IMG/VR virus record: IMGVR_UViG_3300014205_006828 | Location: 64,001 to 128,000 of that record | Reading direction: 5' to 3' (one strand) | Length of the DNA: 64,000 nucleotides | From: a virus | Taxonomy: Duplodnaviria > Heunggongvirae > Uroviricota > Caudoviricetes | Part shown: positions 48,222-56,666 of the stretch, one piece after another | Numbering within the stretch: position 1 is the first letter of the stretch | Layout: the number at the start of each line of letters is the position of its first letter | The notes under the pieces: model-generated | Told to the model about the DNA's origin: nothing | Databases searched by the model: none | Seen by the model: only the letters and a program-made list of their open reading frames with translations | Position numbers and translations under genes: made by a program

Positions 48222-50428
48222 TATCTAAGCCCTCCGTGTGCCGCCCCGCCCCTTTCTTCAGATCTCAAACTTTCAACCCTAGCATCTACAAATCTAGTGA
48301 GTTTTTTATCTCCAAGACCAGTGATGTCTATCTGTATTGGTTCAAATGAATGAGTAATATTCAATGGAGGAAGATCTCCGGTTGCAACATCATCACCACT
48401 ACCCTTAGCTGTCGGAAGTTGTAACGGCGGAAGATCTGGAATTCCTAAATTAGGTTTGACTCCATGTGCTACAGTGGAAATTCCAGCTTCGTGGCCAGGT
48501 GGTGGCCGATGCATTGGTTGAATATTATACTGGCCTTCCCGATGAGCCCCGGTTGTCAACGGAACATTTGCACTAGACCCAAGATCTTGTGACTCATTTT
48601 TTGTAAGCCTATGCATAGCGGTTCCAATACTACCTCCAGCAGTAGTAAGCATTTTACCTACGCCCTCAGTTGGATTTAGACTCCCATACATTCTTGCATG
48701 CGACCAAGTTTTATTTTCTTGTTCAGCCTGCCGATCTGTTGTTCCAAGAACATTATAACTACTCGACGCCTGCTCCGCCTGAGTTTTGGTTAGGGAATCC
48801 ACATTGATGCCCATATTAGAAGCCATTTTCTCAACCTTCTTCATAATAGTTGGGTCTTGGATTAGCATCACCTGGTAAATATCATCCTGCCTCAATTTGG
48901 TAGCTTCCATGGTTTGATGAATGCGCATCAAAGTTGTATTGGTTTTTTCCTGCTCGGTACGCCCCATTCCCAATTGTCTCGTTAGAGCATTACCTTTCTC
49001 ATCTTCTCCGGCTCCAGGCTTCAGAATATCAGTAACACCACTTTTCATGGCCTCCAAAACTCTATAAGCTTCTTTATCATCTTTAGCTATGCCAGCTACT
49101 TGTGTTAGATATTGAACCTGCTTATACAGTTCACCAGCCAGAGCTGGGTTTTGTGCAGCGTCTTTTAGAGTAACAACTTGACCCCCGAATTGACTTTGCA
49201 TTGCCAACATCGTCTTTCTAACAACCTGATCTGCATGTCCTTCCTGGATGGCATAGTCCATTTGAATTGCCCCAGCCAAGCCACCAGGACCACCAGTAGT
49301 TCCTGAAATAAAGGCTCGTTTTGCGACATCCATTTTCTGAACGCCTTCGCCAATACCAACAATAACTTGCTTCATCGCCTCTGGGCTAATGTTACTATCC
49401 CTAAACGCAGTATCAAACGACTTTACAAAATTGGTAGTTGCCGCTGTATTATCTCCCAACATTTTGAAGCTGCCAGCGATAGTCATTACGGTGTCATTGA
49501 ATGACTCCATTTGCAATTTTGAATTGCGACCCTGGTCCTGTATGTATGCAAGGTTCTTAATAGAATCTTCTATAGAGGTCCCAAGGCGCGTGTACATAAC
49601 GCTCAATTGCTTACCAACCTCAGTCTCCTCTCTCATTCCAGCAGTAGCTAGTTGAGATATCTTAACAAGATTTTCCTTATCTCCCCAAGCGTTAGGGATT
49701 AGCTTTACAGATCTTTCAAGATCCATTACAGCCCCAACTGTTTGGCCAGTAGCGCGTGCTGTTTCAAATGCAGCAATCGTATTGTTTCTGTATGCTTCAC
49801 GCATATTCTTGAAGCTATTAGAAGCTGTATCGGTCACATCCGCAGCCCTACCTTGAGCTATGGAAACTCCAAGTAATTCTCTTTGCAATCCAACGGCATT
49901 AGAGGCTCCCTCACTCATAGCTGAGAACATCTTCATCGCAGCGCCGCTACCATCAAATACGCGCTCCAATAAAGGCTTAACTGCACTAAATCCAGTTGAA
50001 ATTTTGGAGCCAGCTTCATATCCGGCATCACCTAATTTTCCCATTCCGGTGATGCTTTTATCAATCAAACCAATCGCTGGCTCAAAAGCTATGGCAACGT
50101 CAGTCCCAACCAAACCATGCTTTTTCATGATTTGATCCATGGAATTGATTGAATCGGAAACAAAGTTTTTTACAGTATTAGTTGCTTCCTCAGCCTCTTT
50201 TACAAACCCACCAAAAATAGATGCGTAACCCTTAATTGAATCAAGGGCAGTTGTTAGAGCTTTACTAACATCATCTCCAAGTACTTTAGTAACATCTGAT
50301 AAGTTTAAGGTGGTAAGGTGGGCCTCCTTCAACTTTTCAATATATGGCTGTAACTTTTCTTGGATGCCGCTACCAAGCTTCTCTAAAACGGCCTCTATCT
50401 TTTCCAGATCAATGATTTCATCAGCCAT
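48221..50428 (-). CDS. Tape measure protein
   Basis: Ala/Gly-rich helical protein directly after the tail chaperone genes. Confidence 0.78.
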   Translation of the reverse strand: MADEIIDLEKIEAVLEKLGSGIQEKLQPYIEKLKEAHLTTLNLSDVTKVLGDDVSKALTTALDSIKGYASIFGGFVKEAEEATNTVKNFVSDSINSMDQIMKKHGLVGTDVAIAFEPAIGLIDKSITGMGKLGDAGYEAGSKISTGFSAVKPLLERVFDGSGAAMKMFSAMSEGASNAVGLQRELLGVSIAQGRAADVTDTASNSFKNMREAYRNNTIAAFETARATGQTVGAVMDLERSVKLIPNAWGDKENLVKISQLATAGMREETEVGKQLSVMYTRLGTSIEDSIKNLAYIQDQGRNSKLQMESFNDTVMTIAGSFKMLGDNTAATTNFVKSFDTAFRDSNISPEAMKQVIVGIGEGVQKMDVAKRAFISGTTGGPGGLAGAIQMDYAIQEGHADQVVRKTMLAMQSQFGGQVVTLKDAAQNPALAGELYKQVQYLTQVAGIAKDDKEAYRVLEAMKSGVTDILKPGAGEDEKGNALTRQLGMGRTEQEKTNTTLMRIHQTMEATKLRQDDIYQVMLIQDPTIMKKVEKMASNMGINVDSLTKTQAEQASSSYNVLGTTDRQAEQENKTWSHARMYGSLNPTEGVGKMLTTAGGSIGTAMHRLTKNESQDLGSSANVPLTTGAHREGQYNIQPMHRPPPGHEAGISTVAHGVKPNLGIPDLPPLQLPTAKGSGDDVATGDLPPLNITHSFEPIQIDITGLGDKKLTRFVDARVESLRSEERGGAAHGGLR

Positions 50429-50769
50429 TAGCTAACCACCTTGCGTTTCTTGCGCCTCTTCTTACCAACTCTATCTGCCTCCAGAATTCTCTCGCGAACC
50501 TTCTTGCTTGTTTCATCAAGATCTGTAGCCTTCACATTCGGATGTTCGTCTCGGATCATTCTTTGAGCCATTTCGAGATTGGAGAAAGATCCAATAAGAA
50601 TAGCCTGGTTTCTAAGCTTCTGAGCCTCTAGCTCTTGATCGTGAAGCCAACTTTCATACAGCCATACCTTTAGGTATGCGTTAATATTCTCATAGAACGG
50701 ATCATCTGGCAATTTGCCAAATGTTTTCATGAGATGTCGAATGAACTGACCCTCAGCCGTTCTCACCAC
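50428..50769 (-). CDS. Tail assembly chaperone second ORF (gpT-like); own start uncertain (GTG at 50769) or reached by frameshift
   Basis: Sits between chaperone and tape measure; overlaps the chaperone 3' end in the +1 frame; no good SD before any candidate start. Confidence 0.55.
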   Translation of the reverse strand: MVRTAEGQFIRHLMKTFGKLPDDPFYENINAYLKVWLYESWLHDQELEAQKLRNQAILIGSFSNLEMAQRMIRDEHPNVKATDLDETSKKVRERILEADRVGKKRRKKRKVVS

Positions 50770-51412
50770 TTTTGGAGATTGTTTCCACCACCTCCTTAAC
50801 CTCTTCGACGGTCTTCGGAGCATATCCATCATAGGTCTCTTGAGTGAGGGTCTCATAGTTGGTAAATAGATAATTGATCAGCGCATGATCCATTTCCTCA
50901 ATCAAATGCTTGCGCTCTATAACTTGGCTTTCATAGTCTGCGTTGGACGTTCCTAGAACAATATCTATAGATTGCCCATCAATCAAAAACAACGAATGAG
51001 ATAACGCCTCTAGTTTGATTTTTGCCAAACTCGTTGGGGCAAACAGCATACGGCCATCAACCGTACTTAATCTTTGAGCTTGCTCAATAACCTCTGCTAA
51101 GCAATTCTGCTCAAACGTCTTGAGAGTTCTGAGCGTGAACACAACCTTTCCCCCAGCAACCTCCACAGGCACTTCCTTGGTCATTCTACCAAGCCCTGTG
51201 ATGATGTCGATTCTCCGACGCGCCTCATTCAAGCTGCGTTGGTCAAACACTTCTTGCTGTTCCTGTGCCTGTCTACGAAGCGTAGCGGCTACAGCAGGAT
51301 TAATTTCTTGGACAGGTTGTGGAGGCGCTTGAGTCTCCTCACCTACTATAAAGCGCCTCTGCCCCTGACCTACGAAATTACTTTCCCCAATTGTGCTGCG
51401 AATTCTATTCAT
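50753..51412 (-). CDS. Tail assembly chaperone (gpG-like)
   Basis: Position between tube and tape measure; VVFTLRTLKTFEQ pattern; AGGAG upstream. Confidence 0.7.
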   Translation of the reverse strand: MNRIRSTIGESNFVGQGQRRFIVGEETQAPPQPVQEINPAVAATLRRQAQEQQEVFDQRSLNEARRRIDIITGLGRMTKEVPVEVAGGKVVFTLRTLKTFEQNCLAEVIEQAQRLSTVDGRMLFAPTSLAKIKLEALSHSLFLIDGQSIDIVLGTSNADYESQVIERKHLIEEMDHALINYLFTNYETLTQETYDGYAPKTVEEVKEVVETISKSGENG

Positions 51413-51449
51413 AGATTTCTCCTACAGCACATATATATCAGCAAAGCTA

Positions 51450-52121
51450 TTATGCTTCGCCAGGATTGACGTTTCCAACTATGTTTTCCACCACATTAAT
51501 TAAACCAGCTGCATCAAGGGCTCCGCGGCGCTTGCCAATATCAGCCTGCCTTTCAAATGCATCATTATCAATGATATTGAGCTGACGAGAACTAGAAGCC
51601 GGAACAACGTTATTACCTTGGCCTAGATATGAGTAGATATGCTCTCCTACCCAACTCATTGTTTCAGAAATCACGAAATCCGAAGCTGTATAGGTAACTC
51701 CAAGGTTACGAATCCAAACATTCTTTATCACTGTAGTAATCACATTGTCGGAACCATTGAACCCATCTGCATCATTTTCATCCGCAGCAAAAATGTCCAA
51801 GATAACGATATCAAATGGAACACGCTGAGAAGATGCATGAACAAATCCACGCGAAAAAGCTGCTGCCATTCGTAAGTTATCAAACCTAATACGAGTACAA
51901 TCGCCTGAAATATCCGTAGACTTCTGAGGCACGGAATCGATGTGACCATCGGTTCCTACTTCATCAATCATATGAATTGCTCGGTCTTCTTTGTACGAGA
52001 TGGTTTGGATAGCTCCAATCGGGTTGCCATCGACCTGAATGATAATTTCGGTGCTGACGCCAGTTCTAGTGACGTTACGACTTGCATCTGTTAACACGCT
52101 CCCAGTATGAGGATAAACCAT
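51450..52121 (-). CDS. Tail tube protein
   Basis: Follows sheath; IIIQVDGNPIGAIQTISY, NVWIRNLGVTYTASDFVISETMSW pattern; AGGAG upstream. Confidence 0.82.
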   Translation of the reverse strand: MVYPHTGSVLTDASRNVTRTGVSTEIIIQVDGNPIGAIQTISYKEDRAIHMIDEVGTDGHIDSVPQKSTDISGDCTRIRFDNLRMAAAFSRGFVHASSQRVPFDIVILDIFAADENDADGFNGSDNVITTVIKNVWIRNLGVTYTASDFVISETMSWVGEHIYSYLGQGNNVVPASSSRQLNIIDNDAFERQADIGKRRGALDAAGLINVVENIVGNVNPGEA

Positions 52122-52227
52122 AAAATCTCCTAAGGCTATATCAATTTATGCCTAATTCTATTAACGCCATCTATCAAGTTTTGCTTTAAAGAAAGCGGTC
52201 TTAAACTGTTCGCAGCACACTGATCCT

Positions 52228-54696
52228 TTAATCTAATCTACCAACGTTGACCAAAATATAAATCCAATTAGTCGGATATACTGGCTGTACCGCAACAGTA
52301 ATATTCCACTGTCTCGGCTCTACAGAATCTCTGTTTACAGTCAAACCTCCGTATGTAGTGATCAACCTCTGCTGTATGAACGTTTGCATCAGAGCCTGAG
52401 CAACTGCGAACAACGTTGCTTTGAAGGTTGGGCTCTCAGCTCGCCCGATATACGGGGCATATGCTTGACGCATTGCCTTGGAAATTCTATCACGAATAAA
52501 CACGATACTGATTTCCTCTTCCGTAGGCTCCAGTGAGGATACGGTTGTCTTGCCCCAAATGACGTTTCCTCCACCCTGAACTGGCGTTAGCAACGAGATA
52601 CCAGAGGCTACGATATTCTCAATAACCAATGGTGAGAATAGCTTGTTGCGAAGGATGCTGAAACCAGATAATCTCTTGTTGGTAAGTGGCTCTTGAATTT
52701 GCGTACTTCCAGACAAATAACCTGCCGCAGCAGCCGCGATAAAGAAGCCGTCAACTAAGATGTTGCTCGATCCAGCTTGAACCACAATCTGGTCTGGGTA
52801 GAAGTATACTACACGGTACGAATCGCCGAACGCATCCTGTACACCGTAATTGGTCAAATCCTCGATATTTCCAGCTAAAATCTCAGTAGGATCATCTCCT
52901 TGAATTCCTTCTAGAACACCAATATTCTCAACCGCAGCCGGCTTGTTTCCGATGACGTTATCCGGAGTCAATCCCTGGATAGCTCCAACGAACAGAAGTC
53001 GTTCATGCTTGTTGCGAATATCGCTCTGCGTCTCAACATGTACCTTTCCGTTCTGGAAGATTGCGCTGATGGTTTGACTTGGTAGAGGAACTACCATATC
53101 GATATTGATGGTTTCTGCCGCCTCATATGCCTCAGTCCATCCAGCATCGAAGAAGTCTGCATCCTTCGCATCAACCAATGTGCAACGAAGTGACTTGCCT
53201 AAGCTAAGGGCCATGTCTCTCGTCCAAAGAATCTGTGCACTAGAGAATGCCGAATCAGTAACCTCAAATTGAACAGACGTTTCATCCACAAATGAAGTGT
53301 CTCTCTTAAATCTCAACTTACCATTGACGATTGAAATAACCGCATATGTTCCGTCATTTCCATTGAGTGAATCGAAAATCACAACCGAACGAGTAGCTGT
53401 TACATCCTCAAGACCAAATGCCACAGTAGCACTTGCTAGTTCGGCATAATATCCGTCTACCAAATAGCCATCATCTACCAATACGCCATCGGTCCCACTC
53501 TTTTGTACTGAATCATCTTCAACCACAGTATAGGAATATACATGTGTATCCAAGAAGGTAGCCGGGTCCTCTAGATAGAAAGGCACCTTATTTGGAATGA
53601 TTTGAGTTTCTACTTTTGTAACCGGATCAGTGACGAAGAAATTGATATTTGAATCAACATCAGGAGTCACTCCAAGAGGTAGGTGGAACGTGACATCGTC
53701 AATATCATTATGGCCATCAGAAGATGTGACCAACGAATACGAAACGCGCCTTGGAATTGATGGCTTGGCTTGAATGGTATAGACACCAGGCGTACTATTA
53801 GCCCATGTTAATTGAGCACCTAACGAAATACGATTGGTGGCAGATGGCTGACCGTGCTTGGAAATAACAGCATTCAAATCAGAGAAGAACTCTGGGATAT
53901 TAAGGTCGAGCCAGGAAATATAACGTGCACTTAGCGAATCGCCGCTTACAAGAGTTCCGCTTTGAACCTTAACGATGAAATTGTCTCCCTCAATAAATGG
54001 ACTGCCTCCTTCTGAAATTGAGAAGCTCAAAACACCATTTGAAACAACTTGTCCATTTGATTGCCATGTGATTTGATTTCCGTACCCATCCAAGATAGTT
54101 CCGCTTACCGAGCCACGAGCAATGAACTTGGCATAGCCATCGACAGGCAATCCACCCGAATCTCGACGAATGCTAGAGCAACGGATAGTCCAGGTCTCAG
54201 GAGGAGCATTATCATCAACCAATGCCAAACCGGAAATTGTTCCAGTTCCAGAATTACTTGCAGATGGGAGATATTGTCTGCCTCCCTGATCTACCAACGA
54301 AGCGCCGAGCAACAGAATCTGCCCAGTTGACGGATCTACTTCGGCATCATATCCGAAAAAAGTATCACCAATAGCAACCGGATGTTCGAACACTTTTAGT
54401 TCTATTCCATTTTTAAAAAGGCGAGTTCTATTAACAACAACAGGAGCTACCGCAGACTGTCCTTTCCCCAAAAGGAAATGACGGCCATCGGAACCGTTTG
54501 TTGTGGTGTAGGTAAGATCAAATCCATCATTACCTTTACCATTTGCTGACCCAACAAGAACCTCTTCCTTCAGACCCTCACCGATAAGAACGGCTAAACG
54601 ATTACCAACTGGTACGCTAACACCACGCTGAATAGTTCTGGTTTCGGAGTATGTTCCAGGGACAACGCTGGAACCTCCAGGTATATTGGCACTCAT
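52228..54696 (-). CDS. Contractile tail sheath protein with inserted beta-domains
   Basis: N-terminal PGTYSET; C-terminal IWGKTT...EISIVFIRDRI...YIG...NITVAVQPVYPTNWIYI; insert TGTISGL...ETWTIRC...LSFSISEGGSPFIEGDNF. Confidence 0.9.
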   Translation of the reverse strand: MSANIPGGSSVVPGTYSETRTIQRGVSVPVGNRLAVLIGEGLKEEVLVGSANGKGNDGFDLTYTTTNGSDGRHFLLGKGQSAVAPVVVNRTRLFKNGIELKVFEHPVAIGDTFFGYDAEVDPSTGQILLLGASLVDQGGRQYLPSASNSGTGTISGLALVDDNAPPETWTIRCSSIRRDSGGLPVDGYAKFIARGSVSGTILDGYGNQITWQSNGQVVSNGVLSFSISEGGSPFIEGDNFIVKVQSGTLVSGDSLSARYISWLDLNIPEFFSDLNAVISKHGQPSATNRISLGAQLTWANSTPGVYTIQAKPSIPRRVSYSLVTSSDGHNDIDDVTFHLPLGVTPDVDSNINFFVTDPVTKVETQIIPNKVPFYLEDPATFLDTHVYSYTVVEDDSVQKSGTDGVLVDDGYLVDGYYAELASATVAFGLEDVTATRSVVIFDSLNGNDGTYAVISIVNGKLRFKRDTSFVDETSVQFEVTDSAFSSAQILWTRDMALSLGKSLRCTLVDAKDADFFDAGWTEAYEAAETINIDMVVPLPSQTISAIFQNGKVHVETQSDIRNKHERLLFVGAIQGLTPDNVIGNKPAAVENIGVLEGIQGDDPTEILAGNIEDLTNYGVQDAFGDSYRVVYFYPDQIVVQAGSSNILVDGFFIAAAAAGYLSGSTQIQEPLTNKRLSGFSILRNKLFSPLVIENIVASGISLLTPVQGGGNVIWGKTTVSSLEPTEEEISIVFIRDRISKAMRQAYAPYIGRAESPTFKATLFAVAQALMQTFIQQRLITTYGGLTVNRDSVEPRQWNITVAVQPVYPTNWIYILVNVGRLD

Positions 54697-54844
54697 TAGA
54701 TCACCTCATGAATAACTTTGTTTAATTTGTTAATACGCTTCATGCTCGCTCCAAAAATGACATTCTCTTTTGATCTAAGAGGTCTAAGAAGATGTGAAAT
54801 TATTACCTTCTCAGTTTTGCATTAAACTTATGCTCAGATATGCA

Positions 54845-55651
54845 TTACAAAGCCTCAATTTGATCTAGAATCGATATAGATGCACCTATTGCGATATTGG
54901 GATTTGTGATGACTTCAGATCCCCATACTCTAAAATCTACGCAGAAATTGATACGTTCTACTACATCGCTGATAGGAATCAGGCGTCTCCACTCGGTACG
55001 AATGTCTACGCTAATCGTTGCTTTGTAAAGTTTATCCTGTTGCCTATCATCCCCTTCGGAAATACCCCCAAGACTTGGCTGCCCGGATTTTACCAACACA
55101 CCGGCTTTCCTCAAACTTTCAAACCGGATATCAGTAAACAGTAACATCACTATACTTACCAAATTATCCCTATCCAAAATATCACGGCTTATTACATCAA
55201 TTGCTATCGTGCCTTCCCACGCTCCAGCGAGGTCGATGTATTTTGGTATAAAGAACTCTTTTGAGTTTCCGTAGCCGTCAATTACTAATTGCTTTTCGTA
55301 CTCAACGACATCCTTATTCCTATTCATTGAAATTGGAACAGATCTGGCTGCCGTCATTTTTACCAAAAGAGCAGGATAAAAAATTGCATCGAATCTGAAC
55401 GCTTCGCCAATAAAGATGCGCGTCGTCAGATCATCATTGAGCCCAGCCCCCAAAGGTAGATCGGTATGATCGGGAACTTTTGGGAAACCCCAAGGATCAC
55501 TAACGTAATGGTAGAAAGAATCCTTCGAGAACTCTTCCCGTAGCATTCCGATGATGAGTTCCTTCGGATATGCCATGAGGGAATTTTGGAAAATGTGGTG
55601 AATCTCGTAAAGATCAGATCTGAATAAAGATCCTGTGCCCGGCGTAGTCAT
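54845..55651 (-). CDS. Tail terminator/completion protein
   Basis: Upstream of sheath; YPALLVK, GTIAIDVISRDILDRDNLVSIV, LYKATISVDIRTEW. Confidence 0.6.
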   Translation of the reverse strand: MTTPGTGSLFRSDLYEIHHIFQNSLMAYPKELIIGMLREEFSKDSFYHYVSDPWGFPKVPDHTDLPLGAGLNDDLTTRIFIGEAFRFDAIFYPALLVKMTAARSVPISMNRNKDVVEYEKQLVIDGYGNSKEFFIPKYIDLAGAWEGTIAIDVISRDILDRDNLVSIVMLLFTDIRFESLRKAGVLVKSGQPSLGGISEGDDRQQDKLYKATISVDIRTEWRRLIPISDVVERINFCVDFRVWGSEVITNPNIAIGASISILDQIEAL

Positions 55652-55709
55652 AAATTAATATGAAAATATTGATTCATTGGCCTATGAGCCGGAACAAGAC
55701 TTCTAGTGC

Positions 55710-55733
55710 GAAGACTTTCTTAATGAAGTCTTC
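55710..55733. terminator. 8-bp inverted repeat (GAAGACTT-N8-AAGTCTTC) followed by a T-run; possible terminator or operator
   Basis: Perfect inverted repeat read directly; T7 run 5 nt downstream on the plus strand. Confidence 0.3.
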
Positions 55734-55745
55734 ATGTCTTTTTTG

Positions 55746-55774
55746 TTGACTGTCAGAACTAGCTAAGTTATAGT
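55746..55774 (+). promoter_or_regulatory. Sigma70-type promoter for the plus-strand lipoprotein gene
   Basis: TTGACT-17 nt-TATAGT, then AGGAG (55794-55798) and ATG at 55806; CTGTCAGAA repeated at 55750 and 55784. Confidence 0.75.
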
Positions 55775-55805
55775 GGTTGAGTGCTGTCAGAATAGGAGAT
55801 TTCAG

Positions 55806-56666
55806 ATGACCAAATACTTCATTTCACCGGTTCTTTTCGCAGTGATCACCATGGCTTGCAGTTCCACAACAACCACTCAATCCGGCTGTACAACCCAAGA
55901 ATGCTTTGACCAGCTGGAAGGTGTGGCTGGCAGTACATCTACTTCTACGAAAGTAAATAGTTCGACCGGTGGGTCAAGAGTTGCGAATGGTACCAGCGGC
56001 AATTCAACTGCAACCAAAACAACCGCAACGAGCACGATCGGCGGCAACTCCGGAACCACCACGAACACAGATATCGGCGGTTCAACCACAAGCACAGATA
56101 CCGGAACTGGTGGCTCCGTTGTCATCACTACGACCGGCGGAACCACGAACACAGATACCGGCGGCTCAACCACCACGAGCACAGATACTGGAACTGGTGG
56201 TAGTTACGTTGTCACTACGACCGCAACCGGCGGCAATGGAACCACGACAACGGAAGCAACCGGCGGCTCAACCACCACGAGCACGTGCGTTCCGAAGACG
56301 TGTGCTGATATTGCTACATGGGACGCGATTAGAAGCAATCTCTCAAAGCCGACCGCTTGTGGAGCGGCCACTGATGGTTGCGGCGGATTGCTCTCTTGCG
56401 GCCCGTGCGTCACCGATGGAACGGCAAATACGGATTGCGGTCAAGCTCCACAGACAGTTTCTGGAGGCGCAGATTGGAGCGGGGCGGGCGATGTCCCCAC
56501 TCCAAACGTCTGTGGCACGCGCTGCGTAAAGAACTTCGGTGGAGCATACTCAAGCGATTGCGCGGCGGGAAAAGAGGGATGGGCGTGTCCCTCCTCGATT
56601 CCTCCAACAGGATTAATTGGATGCGTTACACTCTTTAAGAATGCCTGGTGTTGCGATGCAGCTTAA
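55806..56666 (+). CDS. Lipoprotein with Thr/Gly-rich linker and Cys-rich myxobacterial-type C-terminal domain (start trimmed to MTKYF)
   Basis: Signal ending VITMA-C; mucin-like repeats; CVPKTC...CGAATDGCGGLLSCGPC and terminal WCC; 14 Cys in the C-terminal domain; GC-rich. Confidence 0.8.
   Translation: MTKYFISPVLFAVITMACSSTTTTQSGCTTQECFDQLEGVAGSTSTSTKVNSSTGGSRVANGTSGNSTATKTTATSTIGGNSGTTTNTDIGGSTTSTDTGTGGSVVITTTGGTTNTDTGGSTTTSTDTGTGGSYVVTTTATGGNGTTTTEATGGSTTTSTCVPKTCADIATWDAIRSNLSKPTACGAATDGCGGLLSCGPCVTDGTANTDCGQAPQTVSGGADWSGAGDVPTPNVCGTRCVKNFGGAYSSDCAAGKEGWACPSSIPPTGLIGCVTLFKNAWCCDAA
56050..56285 (+). repeat. Imperfect internal duplications encoding TTNTD(I/T)GGSTT(T)STDTGTGGS units
   Basis: Two ~87-bp units plus a partial third, visible in DNA and protein. 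Confidence 0.75.

Noticed and set aside
54694-54741. 15-aa leader ORF MKRINKLNKVIHEVI upstream of the sheath gene
   Set aside because: It has GGAG and a TAATG overlap with the sheath start but is too short to support without conservation or ribosome data.
22740-55651. eCIS, tailocin or T6SS locus rather than a phage
   Set aside because: It is linked to DnaB, a DnaC-like loader, an SF2 helicase, homing endonucleases and a neck gene, and no T6SS membrane complex or AAA+ recycling ATPase is present.
56050-56285. CRISPR-like array
   Set aside because: Imperfect in-frame coding repeats with no unique spacers and no cas genes.
55877-56638. Alternative-frame and antisense ORFs over the lipoprotein gene, and the many other short shadow ORFs in the track
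   Set aside because: They overlap motif-supported genes, lack SDs or motifs, and are expected from codon bias and low-complexity repeats.
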